Made by a program: the position numbers and the translations under genes | In this document: in pieces, positions 1 through 9,002 of the stretch | How positions within the stretch are numbered: position 1 is the first letter of the stretch | Layout of the letters: each line of letters starts with the position of its first letter | The notes under the pieces: generated by a model | Told to the model about the DNA's origin: nothing | The model's input: the letters and a program-made list of their open reading frames with translations, nothing else | Databases searched by the model: none | Assembly (NCBI GenBank): GCA_002457155.1 | Contig: NTJS01000004.1 | Span: 1,953-65,952, forward strand | Direction: 5' to 3' | DNA from: Marine Group II euryarchaeote MED-G35 | GTDB lineage: Archaea; Thermoplasmatota; Poseidoniia; Poseidoniales; Thalassarchaeaceae | Length of the DNA stretch: 64,000 nucleotides

Positions 1-1
1 C

Positions 2-1723
2 TCCCTCCTCGATGATGGTTGGCTAGTGAGGTGGGCATCCTGCCAGACGGACTCCGACTCGACGTCAATAGCGAGAATGTGGCTCGGTGGACGCGCGCCC
101 TCGTCGAAGGATGCTGTAGTCGCCAGGGTCGACTCGAAGAAGACCCTCCTGGTGCTCGACGAGGCCCAGCAATCCAGCGACCGTCTCGTGGAGGGGGTCC
201 GGGAGCTGCTGGAGTCATGCTCCGAGACCTCGGCCGTGATTCTGGCCGTGACCAGGGCACCAAACCCGTTCCCTGGCATCTCAGGCTTCGAATCGATCAG
301 GCTCGAGGGCCTGGAAACCGACCTAGCACGCGAGCTCCTACCCATGGAGATGGATGACGGGGAGGCGATCGAGGTGTGCGAGGCGATGGATGGACACCCA
401 CTAGGGATCAAGCTCTGGTCCCCCGAAGACGAGCTACCAGGTGCTGGGGCCGTCCAGGAGTACGTCGAGGCACAGGTGCTCAGAAGGCTGAGTCAGTCGG
501 GGGCATCTTCACTGGACGAGCTCTCCCTATCCCCACTCCCCCTCGAGGTGGTGGAGATGCTCGAGCCCGACGGGACAGAGGAGCTGGACGAGTCTGCGAT
601 ACTCCGCTGGACCGGACAACTAGTCGAGCCACATCACCTCGTCCGAAACGTCAGGAGGGCCTCCCTGATGGACGGGGGGGCAGAGGAAATGCACTCGAAG
701 CTCGCTGAGATGTGGTCGAAGAGGTCTGGATCGAGAGCAAGGAGGATGGAGGCCCACCACCGGCTGGAATCCGGGACCGAGGTCGACTCGGAATGGATAT
801 CCAAGAGCATCAACGAGATCGTCTCCGACGACTCTGCAGCAGCTGCAGTCGTGCTCCAGCAGGCGATCTCGACAAATCCAGAGGAGGGCCTGTTCGAGTT
901 GGCTGCGGACATCGCATTGGAAAGGGGGGAATCGAAGATTGCCTCGGAGTACATCGAATCAATGGAACATAGCCCCAGAAAGGACCTCAGGATGGCTATG
1001 CTCGCTAGGATCGAGGGGGAATGGGAACGTGCTGACGAGCTCGAGGCTTCTGCGATCGCTGGATTGGACCCGGGAGACAGGGTCAGGGCCGAGATCTCCT
1101 CATTGGTTCGTAAGTACGACGACAGGCTCCCCGGTTCAGATAGCAGGGTCGATGCGCGGGACCTGTTGTCCGGGGCCGACTCAGTGAGGCTCTCCGATCT
1201 TGAAACAGGGGACAGGGAGCTTGCGTCCCTGGTGCTCGATCTGCTTCGGCACTCGCTCGCACTCGAGGCTGGCGACCTGGAGGAGGCTTCGCGTACCCGT
1301 GACTCCATCGAGAGCAGGATGGGGGCAGAGGACGCCAGGCTGCCATTCCTCGACCTGAGGTCCAGGCTATCAGCAGGGGCCGAGGCGGAGGAGTTCCTAG
1401 ACGAGGCACTAGATGCAGCCAGGTCCCACATCGAGTCATCGACAGACCCACTCGAGAGGCTGCGTTCCATCCACATGTCTCTGGAGGCATGCTCCGAGCC
1501 CCCGAACTGGCTCGTCGAGGCCCATTCCGAATTCGACCCCGAGTCCCTGGGGGAGTCACTAGCCCCACACCGCCGTGCCAAGGCGCACTGGTGGTACTGG
1601 AGGGGGGTGACAAACAGGGAGGACCGGCTCTCCAGCTGGAAGGAGGCAATCGTGCGCCTTCGTTCCACCGGTTGCGGTAAAGCAGCAAGGGACCTGACTC
1701 AGAGGCTCAGCAGGGAGCTCTAG
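2..1723 (+). CDS. STAND-type (MalT/NB-ARC-like) NTPase, C-terminal part with helical-repeat arm; 5'-truncated by window edge
   Basis: The frame is open from nt 2, with no stop before the track's GTG at 26, so the N-terminus and Walker A lie upstream. The visible part has a Walker-B-like 'TLLVLDEAQ', a 'VILAVTR' strand and a GxP-type 'GHPLGIKL'. About 350 aa of Ala/Leu/Glu/Arg-rich helical (TPR/SUPR-like) repeats follow. Confidence 0.6.
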   Translation, partial: SLLDDGWLVRWASCQTDSDSTSIARMWLGGRAPSSKDAVVARVDSKKTLLVLDEAQQSSDRLVEGVRELLESCSETSAVILAVTRAPNPFPGISGFESIRLEGLETDLARELLPMEMDDGEAIEVCEAMDGHPLGIKLWSPEDELPGAGAVQEYVEAQVLRRLSQSGASSLDELSLSPLPLEVVEMLEPDGTEELDESAILRWTGQLVEPHHLVRNVRRASLMDGGAEEMHSKLAEMWSKRSGSRARRMEAHHRLESGTEVDSEWISKSINEIVSDDSAAAAVVLQQAISTNPEEGLFELAADIALERGESKIASEYIESMEHSPRKDLRMAMLARIEGEWERADELEASAIAGLDPGDRVRAEISSLVRKYDDRLPGSDSRVDARDLLSGADSVRLSDLETGDRELASLVLDLLRHSLALEAGDLEEASRTRDSIESRMGAEDARLPFLDLRSRLSAGAEAEEFLDEALDAARSHIESSTDPLERLRSIHMSLEACSEPPNWLVEAHSEFDPESLGESLAPHRRAKAHWWYWRGVTNREDRLSSWKEAIVRLRSTGCGKAARDLTQRLSREL

Positions 1724-1953
1724 ATCTCCGCGCCGACGAGGGTCCTCGTGTCGACGATCCCGGGAACCGACCTGATGCCCTTGACAATCGCCTCGGTCAG
1801 CTCCGAATCGTCATCCGCCTCGACCTTAACGAAGCAGTCGAAGTTACCGAAGACGACCCATATACCCTTGACGCAGTCGATCTCGGAGACCTTCTCCCTG
1901 ACGCTGATCTCCTTACCCGGCTCGGTTGTGATCAGAACGAATCCTACTGCCAA
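1720..1953 (-). CDS. stand-alone RAM (Lrp/AsnC ligand-binding) domain protein, no HTH
   Basis: The 77-aa product 'AVGFVLITTEPGKE..V..ID.V..IWVVFGNFDCFVKVEADD...L...V..I..VPGIVDTRTLV' shows the beta-alpha-beta-beta-alpha-beta RAM pattern. It has a TTG start 6 nt after a GGAGGTG and 3 nt after the upstream stop. Confidence 0.75.
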   Translation of the reverse strand: MAVGFVLITTEPGKEISVREKVSEIDCVKGIWVVFGNFDCFVKVEADDDSELTEAIVKGIRSVPGIVDTRTLVGAEI

Positions 1954-1956
1954 ATC

Positions 1957-2193
1957 TCACACCTCCACTGCGATCAGGGTCTCGGTCTTCCTGATCCCCT
2001 CAACGTGCCTCATGTCCTCTATCAGCGTCTTGGACATCTCCTTCTCGCTCTCGAAGTCGATCCTCGCCACGAGATCCAGCTCCCCGTACACGACGGAGAC
2101 CTCAGACACCACTGGCATATCCAGGAGCTGTAGGTAAACGTCCCTCTCCCTCCCGGGCTCGCATGAAATCAGAATCCACGCCAGTGACGTCAT
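1957..2193 (-). CDS. stand-alone RAM (Lrp/AsnC ligand-binding) domain protein, no HTH
   Basis: The 78-aa product 'AWILISCEPGRE..V...L..MP.V.EVSVVYGELDLVARIDFES...M......DMRHVEGIRKTETLIAV' shows the same RAM pattern. It is a tandem paralogue of the downstream gene. Confidence 0.75.
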   Translation of the reverse strand: MTSLAWILISCEPGRERDVYLQLLDMPVVSEVSVVYGELDLVARIDFESEKEMSKTLIEDMRHVEGIRKTETLIAVEV

Positions 2194-2300
2194 TCGTATC
2201 TCGGGCCTGACTGGTCGCTTATGACTCCTACTCTGTGGTATACTCTGGATGGGTCAAATCACGCAAGTCATTAACCCTGATTGGCAACGGGACGGCCCAT

Positions 2301-5300
2301 ATGCGCTTGGGGGTCACGCTGGTTCTGATGCTCCTGATGGCGCCCATGCTGTCCGCAGTGTCGGCTGTCTCACCTAGGTCCACAACGGTCTGGAGTGGGA
2401 CGGTTTCGCTAGAAGAAGGCTATTTGGTCCAGTCCAACCAGGTCTTGGTCGTCCAGGCTGGAACGACCATCCTCCTCGGCGATGGGGAGAGGCTGGGGGT
2501 GGATGGCAGGATTACCATGGGGGGGACACAGTCCTCGCCCATAGTGATCGAATCGATCTCGGGGAAGCACCAGGGCGTCGTCTTCAACTCCACCTCTAAC
2601 AACAAGGGCTCCACACTGGACAACCTAACAATCTCGGAGAGCGAGTACGGGATCACCGTGTACGGCAGCAACCCAGTAATCAGCAACCTCGTAGTCAACA
2701 ACGCGGACAGGGTCGCAATCGACCTCTTCGACAGCGCATCACCGATACTCAGGGACATCGTGATCGACGGCGGAGGGCAGGATTTGCACGGCTCGTCCAC
2801 CACCTGGAGGTATGGGATCGGGATCTCATCCGGGGCCTCGTCCGCACCGATCGTCCAGGGTGCCACGATTGGCGATCTGGTGACGCGCGGGGTGAACCTC
2901 TGGTACAACTCCGGGGGCCTCTGGAGCGACATCTCGATCACCAACGTAACAGGAGCCACATTAGCCGCAGCAGCCGCAATCTGGGTCGAGGACTCAATCC
3001 CGCTATTCACGAACTCAAACGTATCCAACTCAGACAACGGGATCATCGTGAGGCACATCTCGGAAACCACAACCAGACCAACCTTCCTCAACACGAAGGT
3101 CGAGGACTGCCAGTACAGGGGCGTCCTCGTTGAGCGCCTCGACCACACGAACTACTCCAATCTGCAGACCAACGCAGTGTTCACCGGGCTCGAGGTCAGG
3201 GGGACTGGTGGCCCCAATGCGAAGACCCCCGGGCTCGCGATCGGCGCGGCCTTCGACGTCAACACATCGGGTGCCAAGGTAACGGATGCCGTGATCGAGG
3301 ACAATGCCATCGTTGGGTTCAGGGCTTACACCACCGACTCCTCAACCTCCCTGACTAACATCACCATCCTCAACAACGGCCCAGAGTCCCCACTCAATTC
3401 TCACGAGGGGGCTGGAATCCTCTTCCGCAGCACCAGTTGGTCCAACAAGGGCCCTGCGGAGATCTCAGACTTGGTGGTCGAGAACTCCTCTGGATCCGGT
3501 GTTGTGATGGCCAAGGGAGGGGCTATCGGCAGCAACTGGACAATTAGGGGCAATTCTGCTAACGGCGTCTCATTCGTCGAGTTCCATCCAAGGGTGGAGA
3601 ACCTGGCTAGCGAGGACAACATCGGGAATGGCGTCTCAGTCGTCGATTCCAGCAACGTGGAACTCTCCAACATCCACACATCCGGGAACGGGATAGGGCT
3701 CTACTTCCAGGATTCGAACTACGTTATGAGCGGCGGCAAGAACGTCTCGTGCCACACCTGCTCCTCAGATGGGGACCAGAGGGGCATAGTTGTCAGGGAC
3801 AGCATCGATTTGCAACTGATTTCGACTACAGTGGCGGGGGCACTGTCCGAACCGGCCCTGGACATCGACAACAGGGGGAACCTGTTCCCGGGCACCGTCA
3901 TTCTCGACGATATAGCAATCCACTCCACCTCATCCAACTACTCTGTCAGCCTGGAGGGGGTGGATGCACAGATTAGCGGCCTCGACCTAAGCGGGAATGG
4001 CGGCGGGATGTACTGGATGGCGAGGGGATCACTGCCATCTACGATTTCTAACAGCGTGATATGGGACAGCCCGTCAAACTGCCTGGACCTAGTCTCGCAC
4101 ACCGATCTGTTAGCCGACGACGTCTCCCTCATCTGCGACGAACTGCCCGAAATAGACCAGAGCTCAGTGAACTTCACCGACTCAACGTTGGCAACCCGCT
4201 CAGGCTCGCCTAGCACATTCTCATTGAGCAACAACTCTCACCTTCGTTGGATTTCCTCTGGAGCCATCCTCACTCCGGAGAGCTCAGAGGACGACGTCAT
4301 TGCTGACGTCATGTGGATGGTCGATGTCCACACAATCAATCAGAACCTCCTCAACATCCCTCTGGCGCAGGTCAACATCACCTTCCAGGAATTCGAGAGC
4401 GAGGTCCTGGCAACCCAGCCCTACGAGGGAATGTTCGACTACGGGCCATTCGTCGGCGAGAGATGGACTCCAATCCAGGGGTGGTCATCCACCAACACGG
4501 CATTCGTGGGTTGCGACTACGACGGGGTCCACAATGACTCGGAGCCGATGCAGTTGGATGGCGACAAGCGGGTCTACTGCAGACTAGAACTCAGCAACCA
4601 ACCACCATTCATCCTATGGGATACCCCTTTGGACGAGACGGAGTACTCAAGCGAGAGCGAGATTGTTTTCGATGCTCGGGAGAGCTGGGACTTGGACTTC
4701 GACTCACTCACGTACAACTGGACGAGCAGCATCGATGGGGACATTGGGCCAGCATGTGATCTTCAATCAAGCAACAACTCGTTCTTCATCGCGAACATGA
4801 ACGAGTCTGAGCCATGCCTCTCCGATGGGAGCCACGCCATCACCCTGGAGGTATGCGACTCTGAGGGGAACTGCGTAAACGAGACTCGTGAGTTGGAATT
4901 GGTGAACCTCCCCCCGGTACTTTCTGTGGGCACATCCCCGTCCATCTCACCATGGGGCACCCTCTTCCTCGGCCAAACAGCGAACGTAACCATCAACCTG
5001 GATGGGACCTACGATCCAGAAGGGGGCGACCTCTGGTGCTGGGCCACCGCATCTTACGAGGCCGATCCAGACCCCGATCCAGAGAATCCGAGCTGTCCGA
5101 CTGAGATCGTCAGATCCTTCATCGGAGCCCCCGATGACACCTTCAGCGTTTCAGTGAAGGCATGGGACGGAGTCAACGACGTGATCTCATGGACATTCAA
5201 CATAGAGCTGTACAACGAGATTCCAGAACCAATGATGGAGATATCCAGGACCGGCCAGACCTCAGCAGACTGGGTCGCGTTGACGGGCTTCGAGACCCAC

Positions 5301-6893
5301 GACCCAGAAGGCGATGACATCAGGTTCGAGTTCCACAGCGACATAGACGGCCTCCTAGGGTCGGGCTCATCCCCAGATCTGCCCGAGTGGTCGGGAACGC
5401 TCAGCAAAGGGACCCATTCCATCACAATGAAGGCCAGTGACACCAGGGGCGATCACGCCAACCAGTGGAACACCCAATCAGAGACCCTGGAGGTGACCAA
5501 CTCAGCGCCAGATGCCATGATCTCCATGCCCCTCTCAGGGACGTACACGGACTCATCAGAGTTGGTTTCCCTGGAATCCACTGGATCAGGCGACTGGGAC
5601 CTTTCATGTTCAGAACTGCCGGATAACGGAAGTGGGCTTCTGTGCAACCCGTTAGCAATGAAGAGCAGCGACCTAGTATCCGTTCTATGGGAGTCTGACC
5701 AGATTGCCGATCCCATAGGAAGCAGTTGGGATATCTTGACCCGCCTCCCTGCCGGAGATCATACAATCACACTCACCCTCGATGACGGTGGTGGTCCGGT
5801 TTCGGACCAAATCGAGATCGCCGTCTCAGAGTCAGCACCGTTGCTGATACTCGAATCCCCAGTCCCGGATGCCCAGGTTTACTCGAACCTCCCCGTGCTC
5901 TTCGACTTCAGAAATTCAATCGACATGGATGGGGACGATTTCTCTGTCACTGTCACCTCTGACCTGGATGGGGTCATCCTAGACTCCAAGACCACTGACT
6001 ACTGGTACAACGACTACCTCTCACATGGAACCCACAACCTGACCTTCGTCCTCACGGACGAGAACGGAATGGAACGAACTCACTCGCAGGCCATCACAGT
6101 GCTGGAGACGGCCCCGGTAGCCGTCATCTCTGGAATGGATAACGGTGCTTATCTGCCCCCAGGATCTTCAGTATCCCTCAGTGCAATGCAGTCATTCGAC
6201 TACGACGATGACATCGTCCTCTACGAATGGAGTGTCGACGGCCAACTAGTCAGTGACAGCACCACTCTGAACATCTCGTTCCAGCCCGGGCCAGTAAGGG
6301 TGGACTTGCTTGTGAAGGACTCGCGGGGGGCCACCTCGATAGCGTCGGTGAACCTGACAGTCGGATCCAGTTCCCCGGAGGTATTCGACCTGATGGTATC
6401 GGTAAGCAAGATCGAAGACGGCGTTCCAACCGAGGTGACCACCACAGTACGGGTTCAGGATGATGATGGGACTACCGATATCGTCCGAGGTGAGCTAATC
6501 GCAGGAGGGTCCTCGGTTGCCATGTACTTCTACGACGATGGAACAAACGGGGACTCAGTGGAGGGTGACGGAATTTGGACGTCAAGATTCTCCTGGTTGG
6601 TCTCCGGGGGGTCTTGGGCCAGGGTCGAAGTCTGGGCCATCGACTCAGACCTAGTCTCCCCTGGAGCGGTTCACACGGTTCCAATCGTCGAATCCGGCAA
6701 TGGCGGCCTGGAGTCTTGGGTCTCATCCCTGGGGATACCATTGCTGCTAATCACAATGGCATCCCTAACTGTGGCTGGAATCTCATACAGGCGGATGAAG
6801 ATGGCAGAGATGGCCAAGGACATGCAAGTAATCGAGTCTTGGTCGTCTTTCGATCCCAGGGATATGGACGAGGAGTTCGACTCCGAGGACTAG
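2301..6893 (+). CDS. giant secreted surface protein: parallel beta-helix region + multiple PKD/Ig-like modules + C-terminal TM anchor
   Basis: A Sec-type signal 'MRLGVTLVLMLLMAPMLSAVSAVS' begins at internal ATG 2301 (the track ORF starts at GTG 2235). The N-terminal ~500 aa carry beta-helix-type repeats ('NLTISESEYGITVYGSNPVISNLVVNN', 'GVSVVDSSNVELSNIHTSGNGIGLYF'). Repeated Ig/PKD-like modules with acidic loops follow ('YDPEGGD','HDPEGDD','IDMDGDD','FDYDDD'). The C-terminus is a TM helix 'LGIPLLLITMASLTVAGISY' plus an acidic tail. N-x-S/T sequons are numerous. Confidence 0.8.
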   Translation: MRLGVTLVLMLLMAPMLSAVSAVSPRSTTVWSGTVSLEEGYLVQSNQVLVVQAGTTILLGDGERLGVDGRITMGGTQSSPIVIESISGKHQGVVFNSTSNNKGSTLDNLTISESEYGITVYGSNPVISNLVVNNADRVAIDLFDSASPILRDIVIDGGGQDLHGSSTTWRYGIGISSGASSAPIVQGATIGDLVTRGVNLWYNSGGLWSDISITNVTGATLAAAAAIWVEDSIPLFTNSNVSNSDNGIIVRHISETTTRPTFLNTKVEDCQYRGVLVERLDHTNYSNLQTNAVFTGLEVRGTGGPNAKTPGLAIGAAFDVNTSGAKVTDAVIEDNAIVGFRAYTTDSSTSLTNITILNNGPESPLNSHEGAGILFRSTSWSNKGPAEISDLVVENSSGSGVVMAKGGAIGSNWTIRGNSANGVSFVEFHPRVENLASEDNIGNGVSVVDSSNVELSNIHTSGNGIGLYFQDSNYVMSGGKNVSCHTCSSDGDQRGIVVRDSIDLQLISTTVAGALSEPALDIDNRGNLFPGTVILDDIAIHSTSSNYSVSLEGVDAQISGLDLSGNGGGMYWMARGSLPSTISNSVIWDSPSNCLDLVSHTDLLADDVSLICDELPEIDQSSVNFTDSTLATRSGSPSTFSLSNNSHLRWISSGAILTPESSEDDVIADVMWMVDVHTINQNLLNIPLAQVNITFQEFESEVLATQPYEGMFDYGPFVGERWTPIQGWSSTNTAFVGCDYDGVHNDSEPMQLDGDKRVYCRLELSNQPPFILWDTPLDETEYSSESEIVFDARESWDLDFDSLTYNWTSSIDGDIGPACDLQSSNNSFFIANMNESEPCLSDGSHAITLEVCDSEGNCVNETRELELVNLPPVLSVGTSPSISPWGTLFLGQTANVTINLDGTYDPEGGDLWCWATASYEADPDPDPENPSCPTEIVRSFIGAPDDTFSVSVKAWDGVNDVISWTFNIELYNEIPEPMMEISRTGQTSADWVALTGFETHDPEGDDIRFEFHSDIDGLLGSGSSPDLPEWSGTLSKGTHSITMKASDTRGDHANQWNTQSETLEVTNSAPDAMISMPLSGTYTDSSELVSLESTGSGDWDLSCSELPDNGSGLLCNPLAMKSSDLVSVLWESDQIADPIGSSWDILTRLPAGDHTITLTLDDGGGPVSDQIEIAVSESAPLLILESPVPDAQVYSNLPVLFDFRNSIDMDGDDFSVTVTSDLDGVILDSKTTDYWYNDYLSHGTHNLTFVLTDENGMERTHSQAITVLETAPVAVISGMDNGAYLPPGSSVSLSAMQSFDYDDDIVLYEWSVDGQLVSDSTTLNISFQPGPVRVDLLVKDSRGATSIASVNLTVGSSSPEVFDLMVSVSKIEDGVPTEVTTTVRVQDDDGTTDIVRGELIAGGSSVAMYFYDDGTNGDSVEGDGIWTSRFSWLVSGGSWARVEVWAIDSDLVSPGAVHTVPIVESGNGGLESWVSSLGIPLLLITMASLTVAGISYRRMKMAEMAKDMQVIESWSSFDPRDMDEEFDSED

Positions 6894-7624
6894 TTCTCAG
6901 GTCCCCAGGAGGTCCTCTCCCTGTTCAGTCCGACCCTCTTGGAGAATAGGAACTTGAAGTTCTTCCAACCATCCCCCCAAGTGTGGATCTCAGCGGTTCC
7001 CACCCTGGTCCTGTAGGGAACGGAGATTTCCAAAGCCTCATTTCGTCCGAAGCACCTTCTGGCGTTGATCTTCATCTCCTCTGAGAGGGGCATGCCATCG
7101 TTAGTCGGACGCATCCTCTGATTCTCCATAATCTCCTTCCTGAATACCCACATTCCCGACTGGGAATCGTGGATACCGTAGAAGAAAAGCATCCTCGCAG
7201 TGAATGAGAGGGCCCAATTGCCGAATCCATGCAGGCCGGACATAGCACCGTCCTCAGCCCTCTTCAGGCGATCGCATGTGATGAACTTGAGGTCTTCTTC
7301 TACCAACTTGCGAACTAGTCCAGGCACTTCCTCCCCGGGATAAGTGCAATCTGCGTCCATAGTGACTATGATTTCCCCCGGGGCAATGGCAAAACCAGTC
7401 CTATAGGCTCTCCCATACCCTTTCCTCGCCTCAAGGTAAACCTCGGCCCCCTCCTGCTCCGCTAGCTCCCGGGTACGATCCTCGGAATTGCCATCGATCA
7501 CCAGGAAGTCGAGCTTCTCGCACCAACCGTCATTGGGAACCGATCGAATGGTATCGACAATTGCCTCCTCCTCGTTCCTAGTGGGTATGACCACCGTAAC
7601 GTGGACTGGCAATGGGCCTTCCAT
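6890..7624 (-). CDS. family 2 glycosyltransferase (dolichyl-phosphate hexose synthase-like)
   Basis: The N-terminal GT-A signature is 'VTVVIPTRNEEEAI', followed by 'LVIDGNSEDRT', 'KGYGRAY' and the DxD-type 'TMDADCTYP'. Confidence 0.85.
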   Translation of the reverse strand: MEGPLPVHVTVVIPTRNEEEAIVDTIRSVPNDGWCEKLDFLVIDGNSEDRTRELAEQEGAEVYLEARKGYGRAYRTGFAIAPGEIIVTMDADCTYPGEEVPGLVRKLVEEDLKFITCDRLKRAEDGAMSGLHGFGNWALSFTARMLFFYGIHDSQSGMWVFRKEIMENQRMRPTNDGMPLSEEMKINARRCFGRNEALEISVPYRTRVGTAEIHTWGDGWKNFKFLFSKRVGLNRERTSWGPEN

Positions 7625-7726
7625 GGGGATTCACCCATCATGGGCCTATTTTTGAACCATTGTAGGGGCTCCCTCACTCCCGTTCTCTTCAATAACGCCT
7701 CCCTAGACCGGTTTACCGGTGGAGCC

Positions 7727-8959
7727 ATGCACATAGCGATGATATCGGGAGAGTACCCACCTAGATGGGGGGGCATGGGGTCCACCGTATTCCACCTGTC
7801 TTCCAAGTTGGCTGCTATGGGGCACAGGATTACAGTCATCACCAGGAGCTCCAAGGGGGCCATCCCTCATCTGGAAGGTGTCAGAATCATACAGGTCCCA
7901 TGGCTCAAGATCCCTCTCGAATTCACTCGCTCTTACGGCAAGGCGGCTCTGAAAGAATTGGCTCGACTACATGCAGATGAACCAGTTGACGTCGTCCACC
8001 TCCATTGCCCAATGGCTTCCTGGTCGTCCAAACAATTCGAAAGATGCCGCAGGGAAATAGCCCCAGTGGTGTCATCAATGCATGGAACTTGGCTTGGGGA
8101 GAGGGACGGATTGACTCTAGCCGCCAGCTTTGGGGAACCAGCGGTGTGGTCCAATCCGAATGACATTGCCATCCGATTCATGGCAGGAAGGTATGCACGA
8201 TTCGAGAAATCAGCGATACAAAACTCCGCAGTGATTGTCCCAAACTCCCGGGCAACAAAGTCGGACCTCGAGTCTAGGTACGACGCACCCTCGGATTGGG
8301 ACTGCGAAGTCATCCACTGGGGGGTGGACACTAGCATGTTCGTCCCAATGCATCTTGATAGTGAGGAAGACGCCCACAAGAAGAACGAGATTAGGTCGAA
8401 GTATGGCCTAGGGCCCGACACCCTCCTCTTGCTTGCTGTGGGGAGGCTGGCCGCTAGAAAGGGGCATGGCCTCCTTCTTCGGGCCTTCGCCATGTCCGCT
8501 GAAACAACGGATTCACATCTGGTGATAATCGGCCGCGGTTCTCTGTGGAGGAAGCTGAACCGGTTGGCCGCTAAGTTAGGAATTAGTCACAGGGTCACAA
8601 TCGAGTCCGGCATGGGGTTCGAGCAGATCTCCGAGATGTACAGGGCCTCAGATCTGGTGATTTATCCTTCATACTATGAGGGTCAGGGGCTGATACCTCT
8701 CGAGGCAATGAGCTCTGGTACCCCAGTAGTGACGGTTGGCCATGGCCCGCTGCCTGAGATGGTAGACGACAGTGTAGGGGGGCTCTTCGAAATCGGCTCC
8801 GTGGAGTCGCTTTCCCAAGCCATATGTTCCGAGGTGTCTTCTACTGAGTCCTTGCTCAAGAAAGGAGGAGAGGGGAGGAAGAGAGTCCTCGAAAGCTTCA
8901 CCCTAGATGGTAACGCAGAGCACTTCTTGGCAGTTTACCGACGAGCGATGTCACAATGA
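7727..8959 (+). CDS. family 1 (GT4-type) glycosyltransferase
   Basis: Internal ATG 7727 gives 'MHIAMISGEYPPRWGGMGSTV', a typical GT-B N-terminus. The C-terminal half has 'YPSYYEGQGLIPLEAMSSGTPVV' (E-x7-E region). The track's upstream 42 codons overlap the divergent promoter region. Confidence 0.85.
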   Translation: MHIAMISGEYPPRWGGMGSTVFHLSSKLAAMGHRITVITRSSKGAIPHLEGVRIIQVPWLKIPLEFTRSYGKAALKELARLHADEPVDVVHLHCPMASWSSKQFERCRREIAPVVSSMHGTWLGERDGLTLAASFGEPAVWSNPNDIAIRFMAGRYARFEKSAIQNSAVIVPNSRATKSDLESRYDAPSDWDCEVIHWGVDTSMFVPMHLDSEEDAHKKNEIRSKYGLGPDTLLLLAVGRLAARKGHGLLLRAFAMSAETTDSHLVIIGRGSLWRKLNRLAAKLGISHRVTIESGMGFEQISEMYRASDLVIYPSYYEGQGLIPLEAMSSGTPVVTVGHGPLPEMVDDSVGGLFEIGSVESLSQAICSEVSSTESLLKKGGEGRKRVLESFTLDGNAEHFLAVYRRAMSQ

Positions 8960-9002
8960 TGTCCGGGGAAACTCTTGATTGCTAATCCGCCCTCCGCTCC
9001 TT

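Noticed and set aside
634-1668. 344-aa ORF antisense to the STAND gene, plus smaller overlapping ORFs at 376-708, 1083-1688 and others
   Set aside because: The product is Ser/Arg/Ala-rich, low-complexity and carries no motifs. It is typical shadow reading in a ~62% GC gene, and the sense frame has clear NTPase motifs.
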